Positions 18,990 through 29,312 of a stretch of DNA of 64,000 nt are shown one piece after another. Position 1 is the first letter of the stretch. Every line of letters begins with the position of its first letter. The notes beneath the pieces were generated by a model, which saw only the letters and a list, made by a program, of their open reading frames with translations, ran no database searches and was not told the DNA's origin. This DNA comes from Infirmifilum sp. (GTDB taxonomy: Archaea; Thermoproteota; Thermoprotei; Thermofilales; Thermofilaceae), in NCBI GenBank assembly GCA_041287245.1, contig JBEULP010000117.1:224001-288000 (forward strand), written 5' to 3'. Both the position numbers and the translations under genes were made by a program.

Positions 18990-19844
18990 ATGCTCGATAT
19001 TCAGGAGGTAGCAGTCTTAGGGGCTGGAAAAATTGGAAGCTGTATAATCAAGGCTCTGATTGAGAACGATATACGGGTTATAGCGACCGGTAGGAGTTTA
19101 GAGACGTTGAAGAATGCCGAGAGACTTGGAGCTGTATCCACTCGGGATAATAGGAAAGCCGTTGAAAGCTCCGATCTTATAATAATTAGCGTCAAGCCCT
19201 ATCATTTTCCGCAGCTTATTAAAGAAACAGGTATGGACGTATGGGATAAAAAGACGGTTGTATCGGTAATGGCAGGTGTAACATTATCCACCCTCCAAGG
19301 GGTTCTCGAAGGAGCTGAGGTCTACAGAGCCATGCCTAACCTAAATGCCTACGTCGGAAGGTCGACCACCGCGATAGCAGAGAACGGCTCCGGCGTACAT
19401 AAAAATACCGTAGAGGCGCTTTTCCGGCTTATAGGTACCACCTTTTGGGTGCCCGAGGAGTATCTTGACGTGTGGACAGGGCTCGCAGGTAGTGGTCCAG
19501 CCTTTTTAGCGGAAATAATCGATGCACTGGCTATGGGTGCAGTCGCCTCAGGTCTAAGTCGAGAACTCGCTTACAAAGCGATACTGGATGTTCTCGAGGG
19601 CACGGCGATATACTTGAAGACGCGGGGAAACATACATCCAGCCCAGCTTCGAGACGAGGTCGCTACTCCAGCGGGGACTACGATCAGGGGGCTTACTGTT
19701 CTTGAGTCTAGAGGTGTAAAGGCTGCGCTGATAGAACTTGTAGAGCAGGCCTCTAAAAGATCTAAAGAGATAGGAAATGATGTGAACAAGAAGGTTAAGG
19801 AGGAATTAATTGGTTTGCTACAGCAGACCAAAAAGAAAAAATAG
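18990..19844 (+). CDS. proC: Pyrroline-5-carboxylate reductase
   Basis: GAGKIG, VKP, RAMPN, GSGPAF, VATPAGTTIRGL; ATG 18990 preferred to track start 18930. Confidence 0.95.
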   Translation: MLDIQEVAVLGAGKIGSCIIKALIENDIRVIATGRSLETLKNAERLGAVSTRDNRKAVESSDLIIISVKPYHFPQLIKETGMDVWDKKTVVSVMAGVTLSTLQGVLEGAEVYRAMPNLNAYVGRSTTAIAENGSGVHKNTVEALFRLIGTTFWVPEEYLDVWTGLAGSGPAFLAEIIDALAMGAVASGLSRELAYKAILDVLEGTAIYLKTRGNIHPAQLRDEVATPAGTTIRGLTVLESRGVKAALIELVEQASKRSKEIGNDVNKKVKEELIGLLQQTKKKK

Positions 19845-19865
19845 TAGGGAAAATTAATTCAGTTT

Positions 19866-20759
19866 ATGTGTAGTCGAGAACAACTTGACAGGATGCTCTA
19901 CTTCCTTACAATTCTTCTAATAGTTTCACCACTGATTGCCTATATTTCAGGATTTTGGATCACCTACTGGAAACTAGTAACATTGCTAGGGGAAGAGCAG
20001 GGCTATGTTGCACTGGCAACCCTAGCATACATTCTAGTTTCACCAATTCTCGGCTACGTCATGCTCCTTTCACTTTTATCTTCGGCGTGGATCAACGTTT
20101 TCCTAAAGAACACATTGCAATTACCTCGGCCACCCCCTGACCAGTGGAAGATAAGCGCGGAGGGCTATGGCTTTCCAAGCGGCCACGCCCAAACATCCAC
20201 AGCATTCTGGACCGCTGGCTATCTCTACTACAAGAGGCCGTCAATAGCTGTTTTCAGCATGTCGCTGATTACCTTGATCTCAATTTCAAGAATAGTGTTA
20301 GGAGTTCACTATCCACGCGACGTAATAGGAGGTGCTCTCATAGGGCTTACGGTAACCCTACCAATCTACTTCTTATCCATGAGGTTGTTTCTTTTAAAGA
20401 AAAAATATGCATCAACCGCGCTCCTTGCGTATAGTTTCTTTGTTCTATTTTTATCTCAATTACTATCCGACTTAACGCTCCTAAGAGTGGCCGGGGTCAT
20501 AGCTGGCGCATCGGTATTTCCTTATATTCGCGAGCAGCTGAAACTGCCAGAGAGCCTTTCCCTACGACTTCTTCTAGCTGTAGGTGTACTTGCATTGTCG
20601 TTTGCTCTAACATGGATAGCAAGGTTCCTTCAGCCACCTCTTCAGTTTGCGACGTATGCCCTGATAGCTCTTATTATTACAACTTCCCCACTCGTTACAA
20701 AGCATTTAGTGTCGGCTTTTACCCCTAGAGTTAAATTTTTAAGGACACAGTTTTATTAA
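19866..20759 (+). CDS. PAP2 family membrane phosphatase
   Basis: KxxxxxxRP, FPSGHA, SRIVLGVHYPRDV motifs. Confidence 0.93.
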   Translation: MCSREQLDRMLYFLTILLIVSPLIAYISGFWITYWKLVTLLGEEQGYVALATLAYILVSPILGYVMLLSLLSSAWINVFLKNTLQLPRPPPDQWKISAEGYGFPSGHAQTSTAFWTAGYLYYKRPSIAVFSMSLITLISISRIVLGVHYPRDVIGGALIGLTVTLPIYFLSMRLFLLKKKYASTALLAYSFFVLFLSQLLSDLTLLRVAGVIAGASVFPYIREQLKLPESLSLRLLLAVGVLALSFALTWIARFLQPPLQFATYALIALIITTSPLVTKHLVSAFTPRVKFLRTQFY

Positions 20760-20771
20760 TAATAGATAATA

Positions 20772-21104
20772 ATGAACACTTCATTGGTGCAAGAAGATAG
20801 GATCAAAAATCAAGGTATTTTCCAAGAAACTGTGTCCCCTCTGGCGCTTCATGTTAGACTTGCGCTTGAGACATTCTCAGAACAATTGCAAAAAGATTTC
20901 CCAAATCTTAATACTCGTGAGCTTCTAGAGCTTCTAGAAGAAATCCTAAAGAAAAATGACATAAACCTAGAGGTTTCTACAGAACCTCTACCTTTAAAGC
21001 CTTTTTTAATGGTGACGAAAAAACCATTCTCAATACAGCTTCACACCAGATCGAATATATATGAGATATGGCCAACTTTGAGAAAAATATCTGGTACAGT
21101 ATAA
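20772..21104 (+). CDS. Hypothetical protein
   Basis: 110 aa ORF filling the space between neighbours. Confidence 0.55.
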   Translation: MNTSLVQEDRIKNQGIFQETVSPLALHVRLALETFSEQLQKDFPNLNTRELLELLEEILKKNDINLEVSTEPLPLKPFLMVTKKPFSIQLHTRSNIYEIWPTLRKISGTV

Positions 21105-21112
21105 TGATTCTG

Positions 21113-22189
21113 TTAAAGAACTTTGACGAGCTTACCCCACTCGGGGAACATGCTTCCCAGACCGGGGTCGGATCCTACTCTCCGAAAACCTTTTTCAATG
21201 CTGGCTCCCCCTCTGAAAACCCTCTCCGCTGCTAGAAGATCGCAGTCCATGTCGTAGAATTGAATGTTTCTGATTGCCTGTGCAAGATGTACGTGTGCAG
21301 TTATCCCAAGTGTTGACTCGCCATAGCAACCTATCATGTTTTTTACACCTGCAGACTCGCTAATGTATGCAACGCGTAAAGCCCCTGTTATTCCTCTAGT
21401 CTTCATTAACTTTATATTAATAATATCTGCAGCCTCAAATTCAACTGCCTTTAACGCGTCTTGGGGCGTCTTAACGCTCTCGTCAAGTGCTATTGGTATT
21501 GGGCTTTCATGTTTGATTAGCCTTAATCCTTCTAGATTATCCCATCTAGTGGGCTGCTCCACTAGCTCGACCTCATAAGAAGAAATCCTGTCTATAACGT
21601 GTATAGCCTCTTCTACACTCCAGCCTTGGTTTGCGTCTACCCTAATCCTAACATCTTCTCCCACCGCGTCTCGTACTTTACGAACCCTCTCAATGTCTTT
21701 CTCAGGCTCTAATCCCAGCTTTAGTTTTAGGATCCTGAAACCGTTTTCGACGTGATGTAGTGCTCTCTTAGCCATTTCTTCCGGCTCCATGATGCCTATT
21801 GAGATGTCTGTTTCAATGGATTCCCTGTAACCACCCAAGATTTTCCAGAGAGCCTGTCCGTGACTCTTCGCATAAAGATCTAGCATTGCAATGTTTAGTG
21901 CAGCTGCCAAGGAACTTGATACTTTCAGGCTCCATGTGTATTCATGGATCTTTTCTAGGCTTGTATATTCAACATTAATCTCGCTAAGTTTTCTAACTTC
22001 TTCGACTATAGACTCAAAGCTTTCACCTAGAACGCTTCTGGAAGGACAAGCCTCGCCCCACCCTTCCAGGCCATCAGGTGTTGAGAGCCGAATAACTAAA
22101 GTCCTGCTTTTTTCTGAGGTTCCGGTGGAGATGCGGAATGGCTCTAATAGGGGAACCTCAACCCTCCAGGCTTCAACTCTAAGCATCAA
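21113..22189 (-). CDS. Dipeptide epimerase / L-Ala-D/L-Glu epimerase family (enolase superfamily)
   Basis: KLK, RVDANQGW, EQP, LDES, INIKLMK and DMD (DxD) motifs. Confidence 0.92.
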   Translation of the reverse strand: MMLRVEAWRVEVPLLEPFRISTGTSEKSRTLVIRLSTPDGLEGWGEACPSRSVLGESFESIVEEVRKLSEINVEYTSLEKIHEYTWSLKVSSSLAAALNIAMLDLYAKSHGQALWKILGGYRESIETDISIGIMEPEEMAKRALHHVENGFRILKLKLGLEPEKDIERVRKVRDAVGEDVRIRVDANQGWSVEEAIHVIDRISSYEVELVEQPTRWDNLEGLRLIKHESPIPIALDESVKTPQDALKAVEFEAADIINIKLMKTRGITGALRVAYISESAGVKNMIGCYGESTLGITAHVHLAQAIRNIQFYDMDCDLLAAERVFRGGASIEKGFRRVGSDPGLGSMFPEWGKLVKVL

Positions 22190-22319
22190 TATTGTGAGTA
22201 CATCTGTCGCTTATTTGTTTATCTGGAGATATGGACGCTAATACTACTTTTAAACTACGGCTGTAGATTTAGATTTTTGCAATGTCATAGATAAAAGTAA
22301 TAGAGACAGTATCGTAAGT

Positions 22320-23270
22320 GTGTATACTAGGCTACTCAGTTTAGATATGCTCTCAGACATTGAAAATCTTCCTAGAAAGTATAGAGACTATGCGTGGGCA
22401 TCTATTGCTAGAGCGGCCGGTAGACTTGGCTCCGACTATGAGAGCTATCTCGCAGAAATACGCAATGGATTTTTAAGGTCTTATGTTCAGGCGGAGCTTC
22501 CACTATACGATTATCTCTACTTTGAAAAGGCTTTAAAGAGCGTTTTAGCGGAGCTTCCAAATCTCAGGTATATCGAGAAAATTTATGTGTTATCCAGGCT
22601 GGCTGAAACCTCTTTTCTTTTATCTCGCGAAGAGTATCGCGAGTTTCTCGCAACTGCTCTAAACTATCTGCCTCCTCTCGGATATTCGGGAAAGGCTAGG
22701 CTTTCACTGGCACTTTCAAGATGCGGCATGTTTTCTGAGGCTCTCCGATTGCTTTCCGGCTACAGTGGTGGGAGGAAGGCATCCATTCTCGTCGAGCTTT
22801 CACTCGTGAGACAATTTGATAATGATCTTCTCGAGAAAACCATTGAGATGATAAGAAAGTTGAGAGATACCAAGAGAAAGATAGTTCTTTATTCGAGGCT
22901 TGCGAAACACCCCCTTTATAGCGAGACAGATGCTCCCAAGATTCAAGACCTAGCCCTAAGGCTCCCTCTAGGGGATACCCTTCAAGACACTTATATCTCT
23001 CTTCTCGTTGCTCGAAATTTAGGAGAGAGTGGACTCAAAAGCGAATTAAAATCTGCCATTGAACAGGTTATTAGGGGCATTCCACCTCTTGACCTTCTAC
23101 CCATAGATTTTGCCGAGCTGGCTGTCGAGGCTGCCTACTATGCGCGGGGGTTCGAAGGGGCACTGGACTTCGCCTCGCAATCTGAATTTTATTCTCTACT
23201 AGCGGCCCATCTTGTAGATTATGTTTCCCAGGTTTCGATCGAAAAGCACCTTCAAAAAAAGGTGGAGTAA
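22320..23270 (+). CDS. Hypothetical alpha-helical protein
   Basis: 316 aa Leu/Ala-rich ORF; no motif recognised. Confidence 0.65.
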   Translation: MYTRLLSLDMLSDIENLPRKYRDYAWASIARAAGRLGSDYESYLAEIRNGFLRSYVQAELPLYDYLYFEKALKSVLAELPNLRYIEKIYVLSRLAETSFLLSREEYREFLATALNYLPPLGYSGKARLSLALSRCGMFSEALRLLSGYSGGRKASILVELSLVRQFDNDLLEKTIEMIRKLRDTKRKIVLYSRLAKHPLYSETDAPKIQDLALRLPLGDTLQDTYISLLVARNLGESGLKSELKSAIEQVIRGIPPLDLLPIDFAELAVEAAYYARGFEGALDFASQSEFYSLLAAHLVDYVSQVSIEKHLQKKVE

Positions 23271-23313
23271 ACCCCATAAAACTCTTATAGGATTAGAAGC
23301 TCTTAATGATTTA

Positions 23314-24042
23314 ATGTACATTACAATCTCCTTTGAGGATAACCTAGAAATACCTGCTGTAGTATTTGACAAAGATTTCTACGAGAAGCTGAAGGCGTCC
23401 CTACCTATCACCTCCCGTACTCTCACATGGAAAGAGGAAGTATACTTCGAGACAAGTATCGAGTTTAAAGGACAAACTGTGACAAGAGTGCCAAGCGGGG
23501 CTCTCGCATACTGGCCGCCTGGAAAAGCTCTCTGCTTGTTTGCGTGGGCAAACCAGCCCTACGGACCAGTTAATCATCTAGGGTGGTTTTTAGGTCCTAA
23601 ACACTACGTCTTTGAAATCGACGAGGACGAGGGTGTAAACGTGACACTTAGCGATCCTGTAGCTTATTCCACAAAACTCAGAGCGCTTTCCGAACAGCTG
23701 CAATCTACCGGGTTGTTCGCGGCTCCAAGAAAATGGGGCGAAGTCGAAAGTGTTGTCGGAGCCTATGCTAAGCATAACATACGCGTCGGCTTCGAGGTTT
23801 TCGCGGAGGACTTCGGCTATATAATCGAGTCTGACCCTATATATGAGAGGGATTTTTCAGCCTTGGATGAGGCTTTAGAGTATAGGATGCGCAGGGTTGT
23901 GAAAAGCCGGGTAGACACAAACGAAGATGGCTATGTTATACTCTCAGAATTTGTTTATCCAGGGCAGAACATAAGCGACGCTGTGCAACAGGTTGTTAAA
24001 GATTACATTAAGGTTATTGATATCTTAGGCTTAATTGGGTGA
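23314..24042 (+). CDS. Cyclophilin-like fold (DUF369/TM1367-like) protein with C-terminal extension
   Basis: WKEEVYFET...GALAYWPPGKALCLF...PVN; ATG 23314 preferred. Confidence 0.85.
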   Translation: MYITISFEDNLEIPAVVFDKDFYEKLKASLPITSRTLTWKEEVYFETSIEFKGQTVTRVPSGALAYWPPGKALCLFAWANQPYGPVNHLGWFLGPKHYVFEIDEDEGVNVTLSDPVAYSTKLRALSEQLQSTGLFAAPRKWGEVESVVGAYAKHNIRVGFEVFAEDFGYIIESDPIYERDFSALDEALEYRMRRVVKSRVDTNEDGYVILSEFVYPGQNISDAVQQVVKDYIKVIDILGLIG

Positions 24043-24474
24043 ATGACTATTAAAGTTGTTCTCTGGGCTCTGGACTTTACCCCCAATAAGTATTTAGAAG
24101 ATATATTGTCTTCACAACTTCGCGAAGAGGTCGTTTTCATCGGAGTTGGTGCTCTTCAGACTGCCGATGAGATACTTTCTGCAATGAAGGAGTTAAAGGC
24201 TAGCGAGGTGGTGACTGCTATAGAGGATCCTTGCGAAGTTCAAAAACTTCTTGATGAGGGTGTACAACCGCTTGTTGCTATAATAGAAGAGATTTGTAAC
24301 GTGACGGCACTGGAAGAATGCAAAGAATATGATCCTTCGCGGGATATAGTGGTGGAAGATGGAGGAAAGGTTGTCGTCCTCAGAGTTCATGAGTTTTCCA
24401 GAATAATAGATATAATGTTCCAACTTGTTGAGCCTCATGAAAGACACGAACACGAAGAGGGGGAACAGGAGTAA
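24043..24474 (+). CDS. Hypothetical acidic protein with His/Glu-rich tail
   Basis: Abuts the previous gene; ends HERHEHEEGEQE. Confidence 0.7.
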   Translation: MTIKVVLWALDFTPNKYLEDILSSQLREEVVFIGVGALQTADEILSAMKELKASEVVTAIEDPCEVQKLLDEGVQPLVAIIEEICNVTALEECKEYDPSRDIVVEDGGKVVVLRVHEFSRIIDIMFQLVEPHERHEHEEGEQE

Positions 24475-24488
24475 AAATTTTTTATTTT

Positions 24489-24866
24489 TTAGACAACTTT
24501 TATTTCTTTTCTTCCCTCCCAAAGTCCATGAAGGTTACAGTATTCGATAGCATGGATTGTCCCGCTCTTTTTAAGAGTGATTTTTAGGTTGACTTCCGGC
24601 TCGCTATACTCAGGCTCAAAGTGTACGCGTGCTAACAGAATAGGATTGAAGGCGCGGCCCTCCTCCTCGAAGTAAACCTCAACCCAACGAATAGAGTGTT
24701 GAATCGTGTTTGGGTGTGGTCCCACGCTTATCTTAAGGGTGAAGGGTTCTCCGGCTTTCACCTGATCAGGCGCTTCGATTTTAGGGGTGTGTGTCTCAAC
24801 CTTCGATATGGCTTCGCCTGAAGCTGCCTCAGGAGTGTAAATAAGGTCTCCTAACTTTTTAGTCAT
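24489..24866 (-). CDS. sor: Superoxide reductase (neelaredoxin-type, class II)
   Basis: ETHTP, HPNTIQHSIRW, YCNLHGLWE iron ligands. Confidence 0.93.
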   Translation of the reverse strand: MTKKLGDLIYTPEAASGEAISKVETHTPKIEAPDQVKAGEPFTLKISVGPHPNTIQHSIRWVEVYFEEEGRAFNPILLARVHFEPEYSEPEVNLKITLKKSGTIHAIEYCNLHGLWEGRKEIKVV

Positions 24867-24959
24867 TTTCTCGCCAGTCTTTAAGATGCAACAACGAAAT
24901 AAAAATTTTTGTTTTTAAAAGGTAAACTTAACTAACCTGTGAGTTTTTAATCCTAGGGG

Positions 24960-25853
24960 ATGGTTACGAAGATGCTCAGAAAGGGGGTGTTACTCGCTGC
25001 TGGACTAGGGACTAGACTGGTTCCTTATAGTAAAGAAATGCCAAAGGAGATGTTACCTATCTTTGAAGGTGTTAATGGAAAAGTCTTCCTCAAGCCCATT
25101 ATCCAAAAAATATTTGAACAACTCTACGATGCTGGAGTGCGCGAGTTTTGTTTTATAGTAGGCAGGGGAAAGCGGGTTATAGAGGATCACTTTACACCGG
25201 ATTGGGCCTTTGTCGAGTACCTTGAAAATCACGGCAAGGAAGAATACGCGCAACTACTACGGGACTTCTACGGTAAAATCGAGTCTTCCTATATTGCCTG
25301 GGTTAACCAGCCAATCCCACGGGGGACAGGCCATGCAGTCTACATGGCGCGCACATTCGTAGGGGACGACTTTTTCTTTGCGGCGGCAGCAGACAATATT
25401 TTTATTGGAGAGAACGTTGCGTCGAGGCTTGCAGAGTTGTATAGCAGACTAGAATCCCCTGTCCTAGCCGTTAAGCGTGTAGCTGATCCTAGAAAATACG
25501 GAATTATAACAGGGAAGGAAATTGAAAATGGGATTTATGAGGTGGAGGGTGTTGTGGAGAAACCCAAGGTACCTGTATCTAACCTAGCGAATACAAGCCT
25601 CTATGTTTTTCCACCGGAAATTTTCAGAGCTATAGAAGAGTCGAAGCCGAGTCCTAGAGGCGAGCTCGAAATCACGGACTCAATACAGATACTTTTGAGC
25701 AGGGGCATTAAATTCTACGCATACGAGTCTAAGGCTGACTGGATCGACACAGGAACATGGGAAACATTTTTCCGGGCTATTGCGCTTTCCCTTAAACATA
25801 GTGGCGGATTTAATATTGTCTCGGACATCCTCGAGATACTAAGGGAGAAGTAA
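24960..25853 (+). CDS. Sugar-1-phosphate nucleotidyltransferase (GalU/RmlA family)
   Basis: LAAGLGTRLVPYSKEMPKEMLP, IEDHF, QPIPRGTGHAV, VEKP, GELEITD. Confidence 0.92.
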   Translation: MVTKMLRKGVLLAAGLGTRLVPYSKEMPKEMLPIFEGVNGKVFLKPIIQKIFEQLYDAGVREFCFIVGRGKRVIEDHFTPDWAFVEYLENHGKEEYAQLLRDFYGKIESSYIAWVNQPIPRGTGHAVYMARTFVGDDFFFAAAADNIFIGENVASRLAELYSRLESPVLAVKRVADPRKYGIITGKEIENGIYEVEGVVEKPKVPVSNLANTSLYVFPPEIFRAIEESKPSPRGELEITDSIQILLSRGIKFYAYESKADWIDTGTWETFFRAIALSLKHSGGFNIVSDILEILREK

Positions 25854-25897
25854 CACCCTAAATATTTTTTAACAAATAGAGTCAATAACTTGTACAG

Positions 25898-27241
25898 GTG
25901 GTTTTGATGAGAGCCAGTAGCACTCCAGTTCTCCCTAAAGCCCTCCTTGTAATTGAGGCTTTCTTTGGCGGTTTCTACGTTTCGATAACAAGGGGACTTT
26001 TTGTGCCTATGATGGCATACAGCGGCTATGATCTCAGCAAGCTATCCCTGATCTTCGTACCCACAGGCTTTGGAGGTATACTGCTTGCCCACCAATTGTA
26101 CACGAATCCAGAAGCTGCTACTTCACGTTTTAGATCTTTACTTCTAGTCACCCACCTTTCAGAGCGGATTCTATGGTTACTTCCTCCATTTCTCATTTCA
26201 AACCCGTACATCTTATCACTAGATTATCTGGCTGGAAACATGGTTTCAGTGACGGTTAGCATACTTCTCGGCGTTTTGATATACAGCATCTTCTCTAAAA
26301 AAGAGGTAGTTGAAGTGTCGGTTCACCGTTCCGCTGCTGGCGCTGCAGCCAGTCTTCTAGGCTCTTTTTTTATGACATATCTTTCAGCAGTTCAGACTGC
26401 CCCCTATTCATACATTGTGTCTTATACAACAGCTTTTCTCGCGGGGCTTGTAAGCACGGGAGCGCTTCTACTGCTGCCAACCATTCCTTTTAAAATTCAG
26501 GAGCTAAGCTCAGGGGGAAAAGCCGAGAAGGAGGCAAAGATAAAGGGAAGCGTAGTCTTTATTGTATTAGCGTTTCTCTTTGCTGGAAGCAACATGGTTG
26601 GCCTAGCGTGGAGCCCCTTACTGCTCCACCTTGGAGCTCCCGTTTATATTTCATTAGCCCTAACACTCTCTGGAAACATCGGAGGTCTTGTGGGGGCATA
26701 TCTCTGGAGGTCTTATCGAAGCTATCTTATAGCAATTAGTATAAACTCTTTCCTTACAGCTCTGATTCCCTATATTCCATACCCAGAAGTCCACATTTTT
26801 ATATCATTCCTCACTTCTCTGACATTTGCCGGTGCTAACCTCCTAGGGATGCAGGTCTTCGCAGAGTTAAATACCAGTCTCGGCAGAGTCAGGGCAGCAG
26901 CATTCCTAACGGGAGCAAACTATGCGGGGCTTCTGCTGGCTTCCTTAATTTCGTCTATGGGTGTTCTAAGTCCATTTACGGGTCTTTTAGTAGCCGGTCT
27001 TTTGAAACTTTTAGGCTTATTGATGGCAATGTTGGCTATTCCAGAGACAGCGATAATACCTGAGAGAAGAGCCTACGAGTATAGTAGGCTTATATATTCA
27101 ACCAGCGCGCTTGGCTATTTCTTTACCGTTCAAGCATCCAGAGAATTCATGAAATTCATGCTGGAGACCTTGGCTCTCACCCTTCTCTTAACAATCTTAT
27201 ATATTATATACCGTCTAAGCTGGATAATAATGGGGATATGA
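25898..27241 (+). CDS. Polytopic membrane protein (MFS-like)
   Basis: About 12-13 hydrophobic segments with a central hydrophilic loop. Confidence 0.7.
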   Translation: MVLMRASSTPVLPKALLVIEAFFGGFYVSITRGLFVPMMAYSGYDLSKLSLIFVPTGFGGILLAHQLYTNPEAATSRFRSLLLVTHLSERILWLLPPFLISNPYILSLDYLAGNMVSVTVSILLGVLIYSIFSKKEVVEVSVHRSAAGAAASLLGSFFMTYLSAVQTAPYSYIVSYTTAFLAGLVSTGALLLLPTIPFKIQELSSGGKAEKEAKIKGSVVFIVLAFLFAGSNMVGLAWSPLLLHLGAPVYISLALTLSGNIGGLVGAYLWRSYRSYLIAISINSFLTALIPYIPYPEVHIFISFLTSLTFAGANLLGMQVFAELNTSLGRVRAAAFLTGANYAGLLLASLISSMGVLSPFTGLLVAGLLKLLGLLMAMLAIPETAIIPERRAYEYSRLIYSTSALGYFFTVQASREFMKFMLETLALTLLLTILYIIYRLSWIIMGI

Positions 27242-27242
27242 C

Positions 27243-27908
27243 ATGTCACAAACAGACCTGCTTTCAATGCTAATCTTAATAATTAACGATGTAATTGCGT
27301 CAATACCTAAAATCTTCCTCGTCGCCGCCATTATTCTAGCAACCTTCATCTTAATAAAATTGGTAAACCGAGTTATCAAATGGCTCGTCTCCATAGGTAG
27401 ATTTGAGGAGACATTGAAGGAAATAATCCCTGAAGGTACTCGCCTATCTCTTACAACCCTCCTGTCGATTTTCGCGGATGTAGCTATCCTTATCGCCGCC
27501 TCTGCGCTGATAATAAGGCTGCACGTCCCTGAAGGAAACGTGTTTTATCAGGAAGCAGTAGGGTATATTGCGAGGGCTGGAAGCGTCGTTATTCTCTCAA
27601 TTCTCGCATTTGTGATGGTAGATGCGGTTGTTAAGTCAATGAAACTTGAGCGGAAGACCGAGAGGTTCTTTGTTATGCTCTCTGCACTTATATTCGTAAT
27701 CCTAATAGTCGATCTAGCAGCTTTGAGTAATGAGGTTAAAGTAGCCCTCACCGCCGGGCTGGCCCTAGGAGTTGGCCTCTTGATAGGTGTTTTCTCTCTC
27801 TGGGCCTTCTTCGGCGACTATATAGAGGAGATAACAGTTGCTCTTCGAAGATTAGAGCCTAAAACTTCTAGCCAGATACTAGCTGAGAGGGAGTTACCTC
27901 CAGAATAG
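27243..27908 (+). CDS. Membrane protein (about 5 TM)
   Basis: Hydrophobic helices; N-terminus IASIPKIFLVAAIIL resembles TM-helix repeats of MscS-type proteins. Confidence 0.65.
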   Translation: MSQTDLLSMLILIINDVIASIPKIFLVAAIILATFILIKLVNRVIKWLVSIGRFEETLKEIIPEGTRLSLTTLLSIFADVAILIAASALIIRLHVPEGNVFYQEAVGYIARAGSVVILSILAFVMVDAVVKSMKLERKTERFFVMLSALIFVILIVDLAALSNEVKVALTAGLALGVGLLIGVFSLWAFFGDYIEEITVALRRLEPKTSSQILAERELPPE

Positions 27909-27917
27909 CGTGGGAAG

Positions 27918-29312
27918 ATGACACTAAGTTTTCTACTTGTTCTCTTCTTGGCTCTACCGATTTATTCTGTATTGTTCTACTACATTGTCATATTATGGCT
28001 TGCGGCGAAATTTCCCGGACATACTAAACGGTTAGGTTTAGGGGTCAAGGGGTTACAATCTCTAGATGTTCTCATTCCTATCAGGGAGGAACCGGTGGAA
28101 ATTGTCAAGGAGACTTTGAAGCGTAATAGGGAAGGCTTTGAGACTGTGGAGTGTGTCAAAAAAGTTACCCTTCTCTCAGATGATAATCAAGAGTATTTCC
28201 AGCGGCTCGTGAAAGATATAGAGCCTTTTAGCAAGGTACAAATTATCAGACGTCAGGAACCAAGAGGTGGGAGGACAGGAGCACTCGACGACTATTTCAC
28301 CTCTACAGACGCTGACTACATTTTAATCCAAGACGTAGATGGTTTCATTGATAAACGCTCCCTTACAAGCCTATGCGAGTCCCTCGAGGGCAGCGCGGCA
28401 TACGTAATACCGTGGAAGGGGTATTCGCTAGAAACCACACGAGTAGCAAAAGCCTTAATTTTCTTCACAGACTTTGGCTCTCAGCTTCTCTACAAGCTTC
28501 GGTTCAAGGCAGGTTTCTTTGTTTTTCCACTAGGGTCAGGAACAGCTTATCACCGTGAGACTATAGTAGGGCTGGGAGGTTGGGGCGACGGTATAATACA
28601 GGATGACATATACATGGGTGTAAAGCTAGCCTCGAAAGGTTATATTCCGGCTTTATTGGAAGACGGTGAGATCTATGTTTTAGTCCCTTCCCGGATGTAT
28701 AGCTTGCGGAAACAGCAATCGCGTTGGGCGTATGGAACAAGCGAGGTGCTATCACGCAACCTTAAAAAAATACTCGGAGCACCTATACCACTTCACATGA
28801 AGCTTGAGATGATCATTTATATGCTACAGCCTGTCGAGACGCTTCCACCTTTCCTCGCACTGACTCTATCACCTTTAGTGGCTTTTATGGATCAGGTATC
28901 CACACCCCTTACGTTACAGATTCTTCAGGTGTTTGGCGTGTTTGCACCTCTCGTCGCACTGGGAATCCTTTATGGACTCCTTCTTTACAAGGTACAACCA
29001 GGGGCTTTATCAGGAAAATTTAAGGAGTATGTAGTGAACGCAGGGAGATTTTCAGCCATATTAGCGGTTCTCTCGCCTCATTTATCAATAGCTGCTCTAA
29101 GGGGTTTGTTAAGACTAGGATTAAAGTGGGAAGTTACGCCGAAAGGGGAGAAGGAAAAGAAAAGCCCAAAAGATAACACGCCGTTTTGGATTGTTTTATG
29201 GTCAACACTGGGCATCATCTTCTCGGTAATTTACGCGAATATGTATTCGTTGACAGTTCCTCTTCTATACTTAATAGCATCTCTATACAGCCTATTTAGA
29301 TTAGAACTATGA
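27918..29312 (+). CDS. Processive GT2 glycosyltransferase (cellulose/glucan synthase-like)
   Basis: LSDD, QDVDG (DxD), IQDD (TED equivalent), QQSRW (QxxRW), C-terminal TM helices, WEVTPKG. Confidence 0.9.
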   Translation: MTLSFLLVLFLALPIYSVLFYYIVILWLAAKFPGHTKRLGLGVKGLQSLDVLIPIREEPVEIVKETLKRNREGFETVECVKKVTLLSDDNQEYFQRLVKDIEPFSKVQIIRRQEPRGGRTGALDDYFTSTDADYILIQDVDGFIDKRSLTSLCESLEGSAAYVIPWKGYSLETTRVAKALIFFTDFGSQLLYKLRFKAGFFVFPLGSGTAYHRETIVGLGGWGDGIIQDDIYMGVKLASKGYIPALLEDGEIYVLVPSRMYSLRKQQSRWAYGTSEVLSRNLKKILGAPIPLHMKLEMIIYMLQPVETLPPFLALTLSPLVAFMDQVSTPLTLQILQVFGVFAPLVALGILYGLLLYKVQPGALSGKFKEYVVNAGRFSAILAVLSPHLSIAALRGLLRLGLKWEVTPKGEKEKKSPKDNTPFWIVLWSTLGIIFSVIYANMYSLTVPLLYLIASLYSLFRLEL

